Shown here: positions 18,387 through 27,200 of the stretch, piece after piece
Layout: each line of letters begins with the position of its first letter
How positions within the stretch are numbered: the first letter of the stretch is position 1
DNA from: a virus
Virus record (IMG/VR): IMGVR_UViG_3300009503_000020
Coordinates: 56,718-120,717 of that record
Reading direction: 5' to 3' (one strand)
DNA: 64,000 nt
Notes under the pieces: generated by a model
The model's input: only the letters and a program-made list of their open reading frames with translations
Databases searched by the model: none
Told to the model about the DNA's origin: nothing
Program-made: the position numbers and the translations under genes

Positions 18387-19130
18387 ATGAAAACAGTAGT
18401 CTTGATAACTGGTGGAACGAAAGGAGTTGGAAAGTGGATAGCAGAGGATTTTGCTAAATCTTTATCAGAAGTTGTCTTAGTGCTGAACTATAAATCAGAC
18501 TATGGCACAGCACTCCAGACTGAGGAAGAATTAAGACAGATGAGTAATGCAGAAATAATGTTATACAAAGCAGACATAAGAAACGAAGATGAAGTAGAGA
18601 AGATGGTAGATGTAATTATAAAGACTTATGGAAAGATAGATGTGCTGATAAACAATGCTGGTGTAAACAAGGATGCTGTTACTTGGAAAATGGAGAAGAA
18701 AGATTGGGATGAAGTCATAAATACTAATCTCACAGGAGCATTCTTATGTACCAAACACGTATTGCCACACATGAGACAAGCTTGCTTTGGAAGGATAATC
18801 AATATCTCTTCTGTTGTTGGACAAATGGGAGTCTTTGGAACATGTGCTTATTCAGCAACAAAAGCAGGACTTATAGGATTTACTAAGACAGTAGCTAAAG
18901 AAGTAGCAAATAAGAATATAACGGTGAACTGCATTGCATTAGGATATGTTCAGACAGGAATGAGTATGAGAATAGATGAAGAGTTAAGGAAAGCTTATGA
19001 GAAGAATATTCCTTTAGGAAGATTTGCTACTAAAGATGAAGTTACTGGGATTGTGCTATTTCTATGTTCAAAGGAAGCTAGTTACATAACAGGACAAGTA
19101 ATCAATGTAAATGGCGGGTGTTATATGTGA
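18387..19130 (+). CDS. fabG: SDR oxidoreductase, FabG/acetoacetyl-CoA reductase-like
   Basis: TGGTKGVG, NNAG, YSATK catalytic YxxxK, ITVNCIALG. Confidence 0.88.
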   Translation: MKTVVLITGGTKGVGKWIAEDFAKSLSEVVLVLNYKSDYGTALQTEEELRQMSNAEIMLYKADIRNEDEVEKMVDVIIKTYGKIDVLINNAGVNKDAVTWKMEKKDWDEVINTNLTGAFLCTKHVLPHMRQACFGRIINISSVVGQMGVFGTCAYSATKAGLIGFTKTVAKEVANKNITVNCIALGYVQTGMSMRIDEELRKAYEKNIPLGRFATKDEVTGIVLFLCSKEASYITGQVINVNGGCYM

Positions 19131-19705
19131 TGAACAAACTAGGAATGAAATACTACACAGAAGATGAACTTAGAAAGATGGGCTTCAAGTCAGTAGGAAA
19201 AGATGTACGAGTAGGAACTAGGGCTATTATTCGAGACCCTTCCATAGTCTCAATTGGAAACCATGTAGCAATAGATGACTTTGTTGTTATTCTAACAACA
19301 GTTGATATAGGTAATTATGTACATATAACAAGATTCACAAGCATCTCTGGTTCTAGAGATAGTTACTGTAAAATAAGTGATTATGCTGGCATTTCTGAAA
19401 GATGCTCCTTAATATGTGGTACAGATGACTTCTCTGGAGAATATCTTGCTAACCCAACTATACCGATAAAGTATAGGAAAGTGACTAATGGTAGGATAAT
19501 ACTTGAGAAGTATGTACAACTAGGAGCCAATGTAACTGTACTTCCAAACGTGACTATAGGAGAAGGTACTGCAGTAGGGGCATGCTCTCTTGTAACTAAA
19601 AGTCTAGACCCATGGGGTATCTATATAGGAATCCCGGTCATAAGGAAAAAAGAAAGAAGTAGACAGATGGTTGAATTAGCTAAAGATTTGGAGGCAAGTA
19701 AATAA
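19130..19705 (+). CDS. Left-handed beta-helix sugar N-acyltransferase (VioB/AntD-like)
   Basis: YYTEDELRKMGFKSVG, IDDF, TDDFSG...PTIP, hexapeptide repeats, WGIYIGIP. Confidence 0.85.
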   Translation: MNKLGMKYYTEDELRKMGFKSVGKDVRVGTRAIIRDPSIVSIGNHVAIDDFVVILTTVDIGNYVHITRFTSISGSRDSYCKISDYAGISERCSLICGTDDFSGEYLANPTIPIKYRKVTNGRIILEKYVQLGANVTVLPNVTIGEGTAVGACSLVTKSLDPWGIYIGIPVIRKKERSRQMVELAKDLEASK

Positions 19706-19725
19706 GAAACTAGAAGGGATTAGAA

Positions 19726-20805
19726 ATGAAGAAACAAATACACTGGGCTGAACCTAGAATAGAGGAAGAAGAAATAGAAGCTGTCAAGGAAGCAGTTAAG
19801 TCTACTTGGATAGGAGGAAATGGACCTCTAGTTAGGCAATTTGAAAAAGAACTAAGTTCTCTTCTTGGAGTTAAGTATGCAATTGCAGTCAATAATGGTA
19901 CATCTGCTTTGCTATGTGCTATGCAAGCATTGAGAGAAGCTAAGTATCCAATGAGATTTCTAGTTCCTACACTAACCTTCTTTGCTACTGGAGCTACTGT
20001 ACATGAGATGAGTGAGAAAGGACTGTCTTATCTTATAGACTGTGATAGGAAGACATTCAATATACTAACAGACTTAAGCTTCTACAGAGGAGTACCAATA
20101 GTAGTTCCAGTTGATGTAGGTGGACTTCCTGTAGACTATGATGAACTAAGAAAGAATGAGAAGATAATGCTAGCTGACTCTGCTGAAGCATTAGGATCTA
20201 AATACAAAGGAGAATATGTAGGAAAGCAAGCAGACATTCACACATTCAGTTTCCACTCTGCTAAAGTAATAACTACTGGAGAAGGAGGAGCAATAACTAC
20301 TAATAACAAAGAACTTTATGAGATGATGAAGTCTATTGCTAATCAAGGATATGGAAAGAAAGAGTGGTATGAATATAGGCATGAAAGAATAGGTTTCAAT
20401 TATAGAATGCCTGAACTTCAAGCAGCACTAGGTCTAGTCCAGTTAAAGAAACTAGACAGGTTCGTTAGAGAACGAAATGAGAAGGCTAAGACATATAAAG
20501 ACATCCTTGGAGACTTAGTAGAGTATCAGCATGTGCCTAAATGGGCAACACACAACTACTTCTTGTTTATTATACTAGTTAAGAACAATGTGAAACTTTG
20601 TCAGGAACTTAAGAAAGAAGGAATAGAAACTAAGACGATGTGGATACCTCTTCACAAACAACCTCCATTTGACAGGAATGCACATCTTGAAAATGCAGAA
20701 GAGGTAGCTAACCATGGATTAACACTTCCTATACATAACAATCTGTCTGAAGAAGATGTGAAGGAAATAGCTCAAGTAGTAAGGAGACTGATCAAGAATG
20801 AGTGA
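19726..20805 (+). CDS. DegT/DnrJ/EryC1/StrS PLP-dependent sugar aminotransferase
   Basis: NNGTSAL, DSAEALG, FSFHSAKVITTGEGG (PLP Lys), GFNYRM. Confidence 0.93.
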   Translation: MKKQIHWAEPRIEEEEIEAVKEAVKSTWIGGNGPLVRQFEKELSSLLGVKYAIAVNNGTSALLCAMQALREAKYPMRFLVPTLTFFATGATVHEMSEKGLSYLIDCDRKTFNILTDLSFYRGVPIVVPVDVGGLPVDYDELRKNEKIMLADSAEALGSKYKGEYVGKQADIHTFSFHSAKVITTGEGGAITTNNKELYEMMKSIANQGYGKKEWYEYRHERIGFNYRMPELQAALGLVQLKKLDRFVRERNEKAKTYKDILGDLVEYQHVPKWATHNYFLFIILVKNNVKLCQELKKEGIETKTMWIPLHKQPPFDRNAHLENAEEVANHGLTLPIHNNLSEEDVKEIAQVVRRLIKNE

Positions 20806-21763
20806 TCTGAAAGGTAGTAATGTGCTAGTGACTGGTGGAGCAGGTTTCATAGGATCTTCATTAGTTAGACAACTAGAGAAGTTGAATTGTCATATTATAG
20901 TACTAGATAATCTTATTGCAGGAAGAAAAGAAAACTTAGAAGGAACAAAGGCTGAACTAATAGAAGGAGACATAAGAAACCAAGAACTGTTGACTTACAT
21001 CCTTAACAAGAATAGTATAGAATATGTATTTCACTTGGCTGCTGAACCTTACATACCTAAAGGATATCAGAACCCTAATGTTATGTTTGAAGTGAATACA
21101 CTAGGGACAATGAAAGTTCTTCTTGAAAGTAAGAAAGCGGGAGTAAAAAGAATTCTGCACTACTCCACTTCAGAGGTATATGGCACAGCAAAGTATCTTC
21201 CAATGGATGAAAATCATCCCTTGTTGCCTCATAGTATCTATGCTGTATCTAAGCTAGCAGCAGACAGGTCAGCTTTTATTCTCTGGAAGGAAAAGGGAGT
21301 TCCTGTTGTAATCTTAAGACAATTTAATTGCTTTGGCCCAAGAGAGTGTCAACCTTACATTATTCCAGAGATTATCTCTCAATTTATCCACAAAGGACCT
21401 ATCCTCACTCTAGGCAATATAGATGCAAGACGAGACTTTACTTTTGTAGATGATGCTTCTCTAGGTGCTGTTAAACTAATGCAAGTTCCTGATATTGAGG
21501 GAACAGTAGTAAACTTAGGAAGAGGACTAAACTGGTCTGTAAAGGAAATAGCACAGAACATTGCAGAAGTGCTTAGTACAACTAATTGGGGCATACAAAT
21601 AGATAGCAATAGGTTAAGACCTTATGATGTAGATGAGCTTCTCTGCAATAATTCCTTCTTTAATCAACTAACTGGTGGTCTAGAATTCACAGACTTCAAA
21701 GAAGGACTCAAGAAAACTATTGAATGGTACAGAAGCAATGGAGCAAGGTGGAGTTGGGAATAG
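20798..21763 (+). CDS. NAD-dependent NDP-sugar 4,6-dehydratase/epimerase
   Basis: VTGGAGFIG, HLAA, STSEVYG, YAVSK, RDFTFV. Confidence 0.92.
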   Translation: MSDLKGSNVLVTGGAGFIGSSLVRQLEKLNCHIIVLDNLIAGRKENLEGTKAELIEGDIRNQELLTYILNKNSIEYVFHLAAEPYIPKGYQNPNVMFEVNTLGTMKVLLESKKAGVKRILHYSTSEVYGTAKYLPMDENHPLLPHSIYAVSKLAADRSAFILWKEKGVPVVILRQFNCFGPRECQPYIIPEIISQFIHKGPILTLGNIDARRDFTFVDDASLGAVKLMQVPDIEGTVVNLGRGLNWSVKEIAQNIAEVLSTTNWGIQIDSNRLRPYDVDELLCNNSFFNQLTGGLEFTDFKEGLKKTIEWYRSNGARWSWE

Positions 21764-21830
21764 TACCTACCAAAGAATATCTGAAGGGATATGTCTATAG
21801 GGCAATCTCTTCTGAACAGGAGGGAAGTTA

Positions 21831-22355
21831 ATGAATAAGGACTATAGGTCCTACAAACTATCTGGTTTGTATTCTAAGAACACTAATTCTCTAGATTCTA
21901 CTCTAAATACAGGTAATAACTATAGGTCCTGTAGACTATCAGGTCTACCATTTCAAGATACTAGTTTCTTAAAGGTTAGTCTAAATCTTGTTACTCCTGT
22001 ACAATTCCATGGTTCTATCCTTCAAGTATTTAGCTACAAAAGAATTAAAGTAGAAAGCTTGGATGCATCTCTTATAAAGAGAGTGTATGAGCTACAAAAT
22101 GCAAAGGCAGTCACTGTTCTGGAGTGCCCCAACTTCTTTCTAATACAGTATCCTGGCAAGCCATTTGTGTTTATCAATAAAAAGGATGGCAAGTTGTATG
22201 TCCTGAATGAGGATGGATTTGAACAAGAGGAGAAGGAAAGTCAGGCATCCTTTGTAGTTAGAATGCTTCATAAATTCCAGTTGGTTGAAGACTTGCACTC
22301 CAAGAAGATTTCAAGAAAACACATAAATATAGAGCAGAGAACAGGTAAGAGGTGA
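21831..22355 (+). CDS. Hypothetical protein with a repeated N-terminal segment
   Basis: AGGAGG RBS upstream; YRSYKLSGL / YRSCRLSGL repeat. Confidence 0.55.
   Translation: MNKDYRSYKLSGLYSKNTNSLDSTLNTGNNYRSCRLSGLPFQDTSFLKVSLNLVTPVQFHGSILQVFSYKRIKVESLDASLIKRVYELQNAKAVTVLECPNFFLIQYPGKPFVFINKKDGKLYVLNEDGFEQEEKESQASFVVRMLHKFQLVEDLHSKKISRKHINIEQRTGKR
21838..21948. repeat. 78-nt-period direct repeat containing covarying hairpins
   Basis: ACTATAGGTCCT at 21841 and 21919, each followed by a 6-7 bp stem with a TATC(T/A)G loop. Confidence 0.7.
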
Positions 22356-22678
22356 TAAGCATGGATAAAGTGTTTGAAATTTTAAAGAAGCACTTCAGTG
22401 AACTTAGAAAATATCCTAATGTGCTGAATGCTAATGTAGGAGAAGAAATAACTAAAGGAAAGAGGACTGGAAGGAAAGCAATTGTTGTCTTTGTTTCTCA
22501 GAAGAAACCACTGTCAGCCTTACCTATAAATGCTAGACTTCCAGATGAAGTAGAAGGAGTTCCAGTTGATGTTGTTGAATGGAAAGCAGACTATAAGTTA
22601 GGAGACACTGCTCCTTCCCATTTAGACCCTGAAACACAGCATAGGATTTCAAGTGGTGTTAGACATGGGAAACAGTGA
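22352..22678 (+). CDS. Stand-alone protease pro-domain-like protein
   Basis: NVLNANVG...RTGRKAIVVFVSQKKP...LPDEVEGVPVDVVE resembles the N-terminal domain of Nal1-like trypsin proteases. Confidence 0.5.
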   Translation: MISMDKVFEILKKHFSELRKYPNVLNANVGEEITKGKRTGRKAIVVFVSQKKPLSALPINARLPDEVEGVPVDVVEWKADYKLGDTAPSHLDPETQHRISSGVRHGKQ

Positions 22679-23408
22679 TTGGAGACCGTTCTGTTCTCCT
22701 ATTCGTGATCAGGGTTCATGTGGTTCCTGCACTGCCTTTGGAACAATTGGGGCCTGGGAGACTTGCATAAGAATAGCAGAAAACAATCCAAATGATCCAA
22801 TAGACTTGAGTGAGAGAGACTTGTTTGTTTGTTCAGGAGGATATTGTGCACTTGGCAATACAATGGAGAATGTACTCAACAAAGCCTTGAGTGGAGTGGC
22901 TTTAGAAAGTTGTTGCCCTTATGATGGACTAGATCATCTCTGTGGAGAAGGTCGTTGCCCTGACTGGACTAAGACAGGGAAGAGACTAAGGTCCTACAGA
23001 GAAGTAACTGAAAGAGAAGAAATGAAACAGTTGTTAAACAAAGAAGCTCTTGTAGGAGTAATGACAGTCCACCAATCATTTATTAACTATAAAGAAGGAG
23101 TTTATCACAGTCTTGGAGACACAGATCCTATATTAGGTGGACATGCTATTGCAATTGTTGGCTATAGTGATGATTTGCAAGCTTGGTTGGTCAGAAACTC
23201 CTGGGGCACTTCTTGGGGTATGGAAGGTTATGCTTGGGTAGCTTATGGTGATAGTGAGATAGACCAAATAATGTATGAGATTATACCTGATGGACCTATA
23301 AACCCAGTTCCAAGTCCATGCAAGCTAGGAAATGCTATTGCTAAATTCTTGAACTTCTTTGCTTGGTTGTTTCATAGAGAGGGAAGATTTTTCTATCTAA
23401 ACCCATAA
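22665..23408 (+). CDS. Papain-family (C1A) cysteine protease
   Basis: DWR...DQGSCGSCTAF (catalytic Cys), GGHAIAIVGY (His), RNSWGTSWG (Asn). Confidence 0.93.
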   Translation: MGNSDWRPFCSPIRDQGSCGSCTAFGTIGAWETCIRIAENNPNDPIDLSERDLFVCSGGYCALGNTMENVLNKALSGVALESCCPYDGLDHLCGEGRCPDWTKTGKRLRSYREVTEREEMKQLLNKEALVGVMTVHQSFINYKEGVYHSLGDTDPILGGHAIAIVGYSDDLQAWLVRNSWGTSWGMEGYAWVAYGDSEIDQIMYEIIPDGPINPVPSPCKLGNAIAKFLNFFAWLFHREGRFFYLNP

Positions 23409-23441
23409 ACTTTAAATTAGAAGGTGTAAGATTATAAAGAG

Positions 23442-23660
23442 GTGATAAATGTGTCAGAAGATAAAGAGGTTGTATCTGAAAGAGACAAGCCATTTGTTCT
23501 TGCTCTTATTTCAGCAGGCATTACTATAGTTTCACTTGCTTTTGCTGTTATTGGAGCTTTCCTGCATAATCAAGAAATGACCAACACATCAGTAGAAGCA
23601 CTTAAATTCACATTTCCTTTAACTGCAATGGCTTGGACTTTCTATCTGAAGAAAGAGTAG
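23442..23660 (+). CDS. Small two-TM membrane protein (holin-like)
   Basis: Two hydrophobic helices in 72 aa; CTTTAAAT TATA box at about 23410. Confidence 0.5.
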   Translation: MINVSEDKEVVSERDKPFVLALISAGITIVSLAFAVIGAFLHNQEMTNTSVEALKFTFPLTAMAWTFYLKKE

Positions 23661-23661
23661 T

Positions 23662-23946
23662 TTAGAGATTAAGAATAGTCCTTACCAACCAAAGAAGAAC
23701 TGCAGTTACTGAAGGACTGACAACAACTGCAAGTATCTTCCAAACCATAATACTTTCTTTTGATTTAGTTTCCAGTTCGTGTTGTTTTTGGATAAGATTT
23801 CCATACTCTTCATTTAATTTACGAAGAGATTCAGTTATTATCTTTAAGTCTTCATTCAAGTGTTTGAAGTCTGTTTCAACCAGAGTCTCAAGTTTAATTA
23901 TACGGTCTCTGAGTTCTCGTATCTCATTTCTTTCAGAAGTGTTCAT
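23662..23946 (-). CDS. Coiled-coil protein with C-terminal TM helix (holin/XhlA-like)
   Basis: Heptad-rich body, then WKILAVVVSPSVTAVLLWLV; last gene of the - strand arm. Confidence 0.5.
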   Translation of the reverse strand: MNTSERNEIRELRDRIIKLETLVETDFKHLNEDLKIITESLRKLNEEYGNLIQKQHELETKSKESIMVWKILAVVVSPSVTAVLLWLVRTILNL

Positions 23947-24124
23947 AGATATCACCAAATGAAATTGAGATTTACACTTATCTAAAGCTTATCTAAGACT
24001 AATTGTTAACAAATAACTCTTGTAGGAATGTTGAGACAAGAGCAACACATGCTAAAGAAATGCCTTTCACATTACTTCAGAACGAAAGGTAACGCTTGAA
24101 TATTTAAAGTGGTTGAAGAGGCTG

Positions 24125-24156
24125 TCGAGGTCGGTCCAGATGGACTATGACTTCGA
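24125..24156. other. Intergenic stem-loop
   Basis: TCGAGGTC/GACTTCGA outer stem, GGTCC/GGACT inner stem, AGAT loop. Confidence 0.45.
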
Positions 24157-24203
24157 GAACGTTTAGAAGTCTGAAACATTAAATAATTGCTACTCAAGGC
24201 ATG

Positions 24204-24272
24204 TCAGAAGTGAAGTTCATATTAGGGGGAAAAAAAAATTGTGGGCAATCTGACTTCTGAGTAAGCGCTTAC
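24204..24272 (-). terminator. Probable terminator after the tail-tip gene
   Basis: On the - strand a T9 tract (24230-24238) lies about 30 nt after the stop. It is flanked by an 8-bp inverted repeat (24204/24253); perfect palindrome GTAAGCGCTTAC at 24261-24272. Confidence 0.5.
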
Positions 24273-27200
24273 CTATGAGTATGTGGTGAATGACCCCAAA
24301 TAACCCAATTAACCATGCCGTTCATTGGATCATAGATACCGAAATTGTACACATAAACATCAATTGTATTACCTTTTATATTCTTTGGGATTGTTATAAC
24401 AAATGTCCAATAATTGTAAAGAGCTGTGCTTTTCACTTCATTCCATGCATTTATCCATCCAGGAGGGCATTGTTCGGGGTCGCTGGATGGATAGAATTCA
24501 CCTGTTGACTCATTTTTAACTGCTACTGCAAATTCATTTGCGTATCCGTCCGAACCAATCCAAAGACCAGTTGTCAAATGAATGTGGCAAATTAACACTT
24601 CGAAATCTTCATTTGGAACCGTTATTGCACAATACATTTTGTTCCAAGTTCCTGCTCTTATTGCTTCGGCTGTTCCTGTAGTCTTAGCACGGGCGTTAAC
24701 TATTCCAGTTGTTGGCACTGCCGCTCTTATTTCACTAAAAACGACATCATCATAATATGTAGTGTAAGTAGCTGATGTTCCAGCATACAAATGTATTCTA
24801 GCATATCTAACATTTGCTTGATATGTGCCATCAGTGGGCACTGTAGCAGTTACTTCGTGATAATCCCAAGATGTGCCTAGAGTCTTAACTGAGGATTGTA
24901 CTTCATTAAGATATGAAGAACCATCAGGAGCATACCAAGCAATGTGTATGATTCCTCCAGCTGGTGTATAAGAATTGTCAGCTTTTGCATAACATCTTGC
25001 ATACAGTTTTTGTCCAGGTCTCACTGGTATGCTGACTGATTGCCATTCTTTGTATGTTCCACTTGTTGAAATCTTACTCCAAATACATCTCTTGCCTTTA
25101 TAGGCAGAGCTTGAAGAACCATAGTCTGTACCTTTTGTTCCAGAAGGTGGTGTCCAATAGTCTGGAATATCATCCCCATCAACATCTTCTTCAAAACATG
25201 GATTTGGCAAGATAGTTTCAGGAGGCGCATTGTATTTAGTTAAAGGATATCGAGGAATGTATCCTTTTTCTCCTGTCTGTCCAATGAACCTTAGCGTATC
25301 ATCAGGAGTCCAGTAGTATAAGGCTCCTTCTTTAGTAGGTTCATTTGTATCGAGCCTAGAAAGCTGTAGTTGGTCAGTTGTTATAGCATTTGCTGCTATT
25401 TGTGTTGCAGTAACTGTTTGAGCACTGATTTGCCCACCATCAATCTTAGTTACATCTCCAGCTTTTTGCCAACTATTCACAAAGTATGTTGTACCATCCA
25501 ATAATATCTGACTAGCCTTTATAGCTAAGGAAGAGTCTGATGTAATATGAGTGGTATTTATCTGTCCTGCTTTGATATGGTCTGCCAAGATACTCTTAGC
25601 TGCTATACAACCAGCACCAATTGTTGGAGTATAGCTGTCAAACATCAAAATAGTGGATGGTGCATCTGTCTTTCTGTCAATCACAGTAACTAATCCTTTT
25701 CCTGTTCCTACAGCACTGCTATAGTCAGTAGTGATATGCAAATTACTGTCAGTATCTTGCCAATAAACGAAATGATTGCCAACTACTGAACTTGATAGTT
25801 TTGTTCCAGAAAGATCACCAGCAATTGTTTTAGTTGTTCCATCAGCAAATTTAATCGTTGCATCTTTCGTAGTCACTATACTAGTATCATAACCAGCACC
25901 AAAATATATTCTTCCTCTTGTAGTGTAGATGCCACCAAAATATGAAGTGCTTCTGTATGAATAATATGAGACCCTCCATGTACCAGCTGGTAGAGAAGTG
26001 ACGTTAAGCTGTTCAGTTACAGCTTTTATTTTTTCTTGATACCCAGAACCACTGTCTATGTAAAATTTTATACACAGCCTATCCGTTGTTGCAAATGTTG
26101 CACCTCCAAAAGAATAATCTGCTGTCTGAATTCCAGAACCATTTGAAGACCTGTAAACAATAGCAACAGGGGTACCAGCTGTCAGTTCTGTTTCAGTGCC
26201 ATCAGAGGCAACTTTGAAAATCCTGATGCCACAGTAAACAGGATAGTAAGTTTCTGTATCTCCTGTTATGTCCTCAACATAAGTGCTGGTATCACTGTTG
26301 ACAAGTCCAAAGTTGTAATAAGTATTTGAACCAACTGTTACTGTATCTGTTCTAACATAACGTTTCCAAGACTCAACAGCTCCAGAACTACCATAGTAAA
26401 ATGTGCCTCTTGAAACACAGTTCTCAAATATTTTAAGATTAGATGTCCAAGGACGACTCTCAATTGATAAATCAAGAGGAGTGACTTTAAGAGGAGTATA
26501 AGTGCTTGAACTAGAAGTTACACTGCTTGCATTCAGAGCAGTGTCAACTGCTGCTGCTCCTACATAGTAGGCTGAATAGTCGGAAGCTTTCCAAAAGAAT
26601 ATTGGCCTTGTAGATGTTCCTACAGGAGTGGAAGGAGGATAAGTTGTTCCTACATAAAATACATAATGACTAAAGTCTGTTGCAAAGACTGCACCACATT
26701 CAATAATAAGTCCATCAATTGCTGGAGTAGCTGAAGCACTTGCTGGTGCACTAGGTGCTACTTGATTAGGGGCAGTAGTCGCAGTTGTCACATTGTAATG
26801 AGGAGTATTATTTTTGTCAATAAATGTGAAGGTGTTGTTCCAAGGACCTGCTTCACCTAACTTAGTTACTGCACAAACCTCAACTTCATAAGTTGTGTTG
26901 CCTTCTAGAAATGTTGTGTTGACTGAAGGATTACCAGAAGAAGGTTGTTGAACAAATATAGGATGCCAATCACTAGTACCATACTTTCTGTAAGAGACAA
27001 AATATCCTCCAGCACCTTCTACTCTGGTAATAGTAACGTTTAACCAGACTTTAAAGTCAGAGACTGTATCTATTACTTGATTATAGGCAGAAACAGTGAA
27101 TGATGAGACTGAGAGTGTATTTTGAAAAACTTGATCTTGCGCATCTACCTTCAGTGGTGAACCATAAACTTCAGTACTTGGTCCTGACTCATTCCCTACT

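Noticed and set aside
21740-21830. Possible frameshifted C-terminal extension of the dehydratase (short ORF MELGIVPTKEY...)
   Set aside because: The dehydratase is already full length at WSWE; there is no slippery site and the ORF is too short to support.
24269-25300. Variable fibre tip as a diversity-generating retroelement target
   Set aside because: No reverse transcriptase and no template/variable repeat pair differing at adenines was seen in the window.
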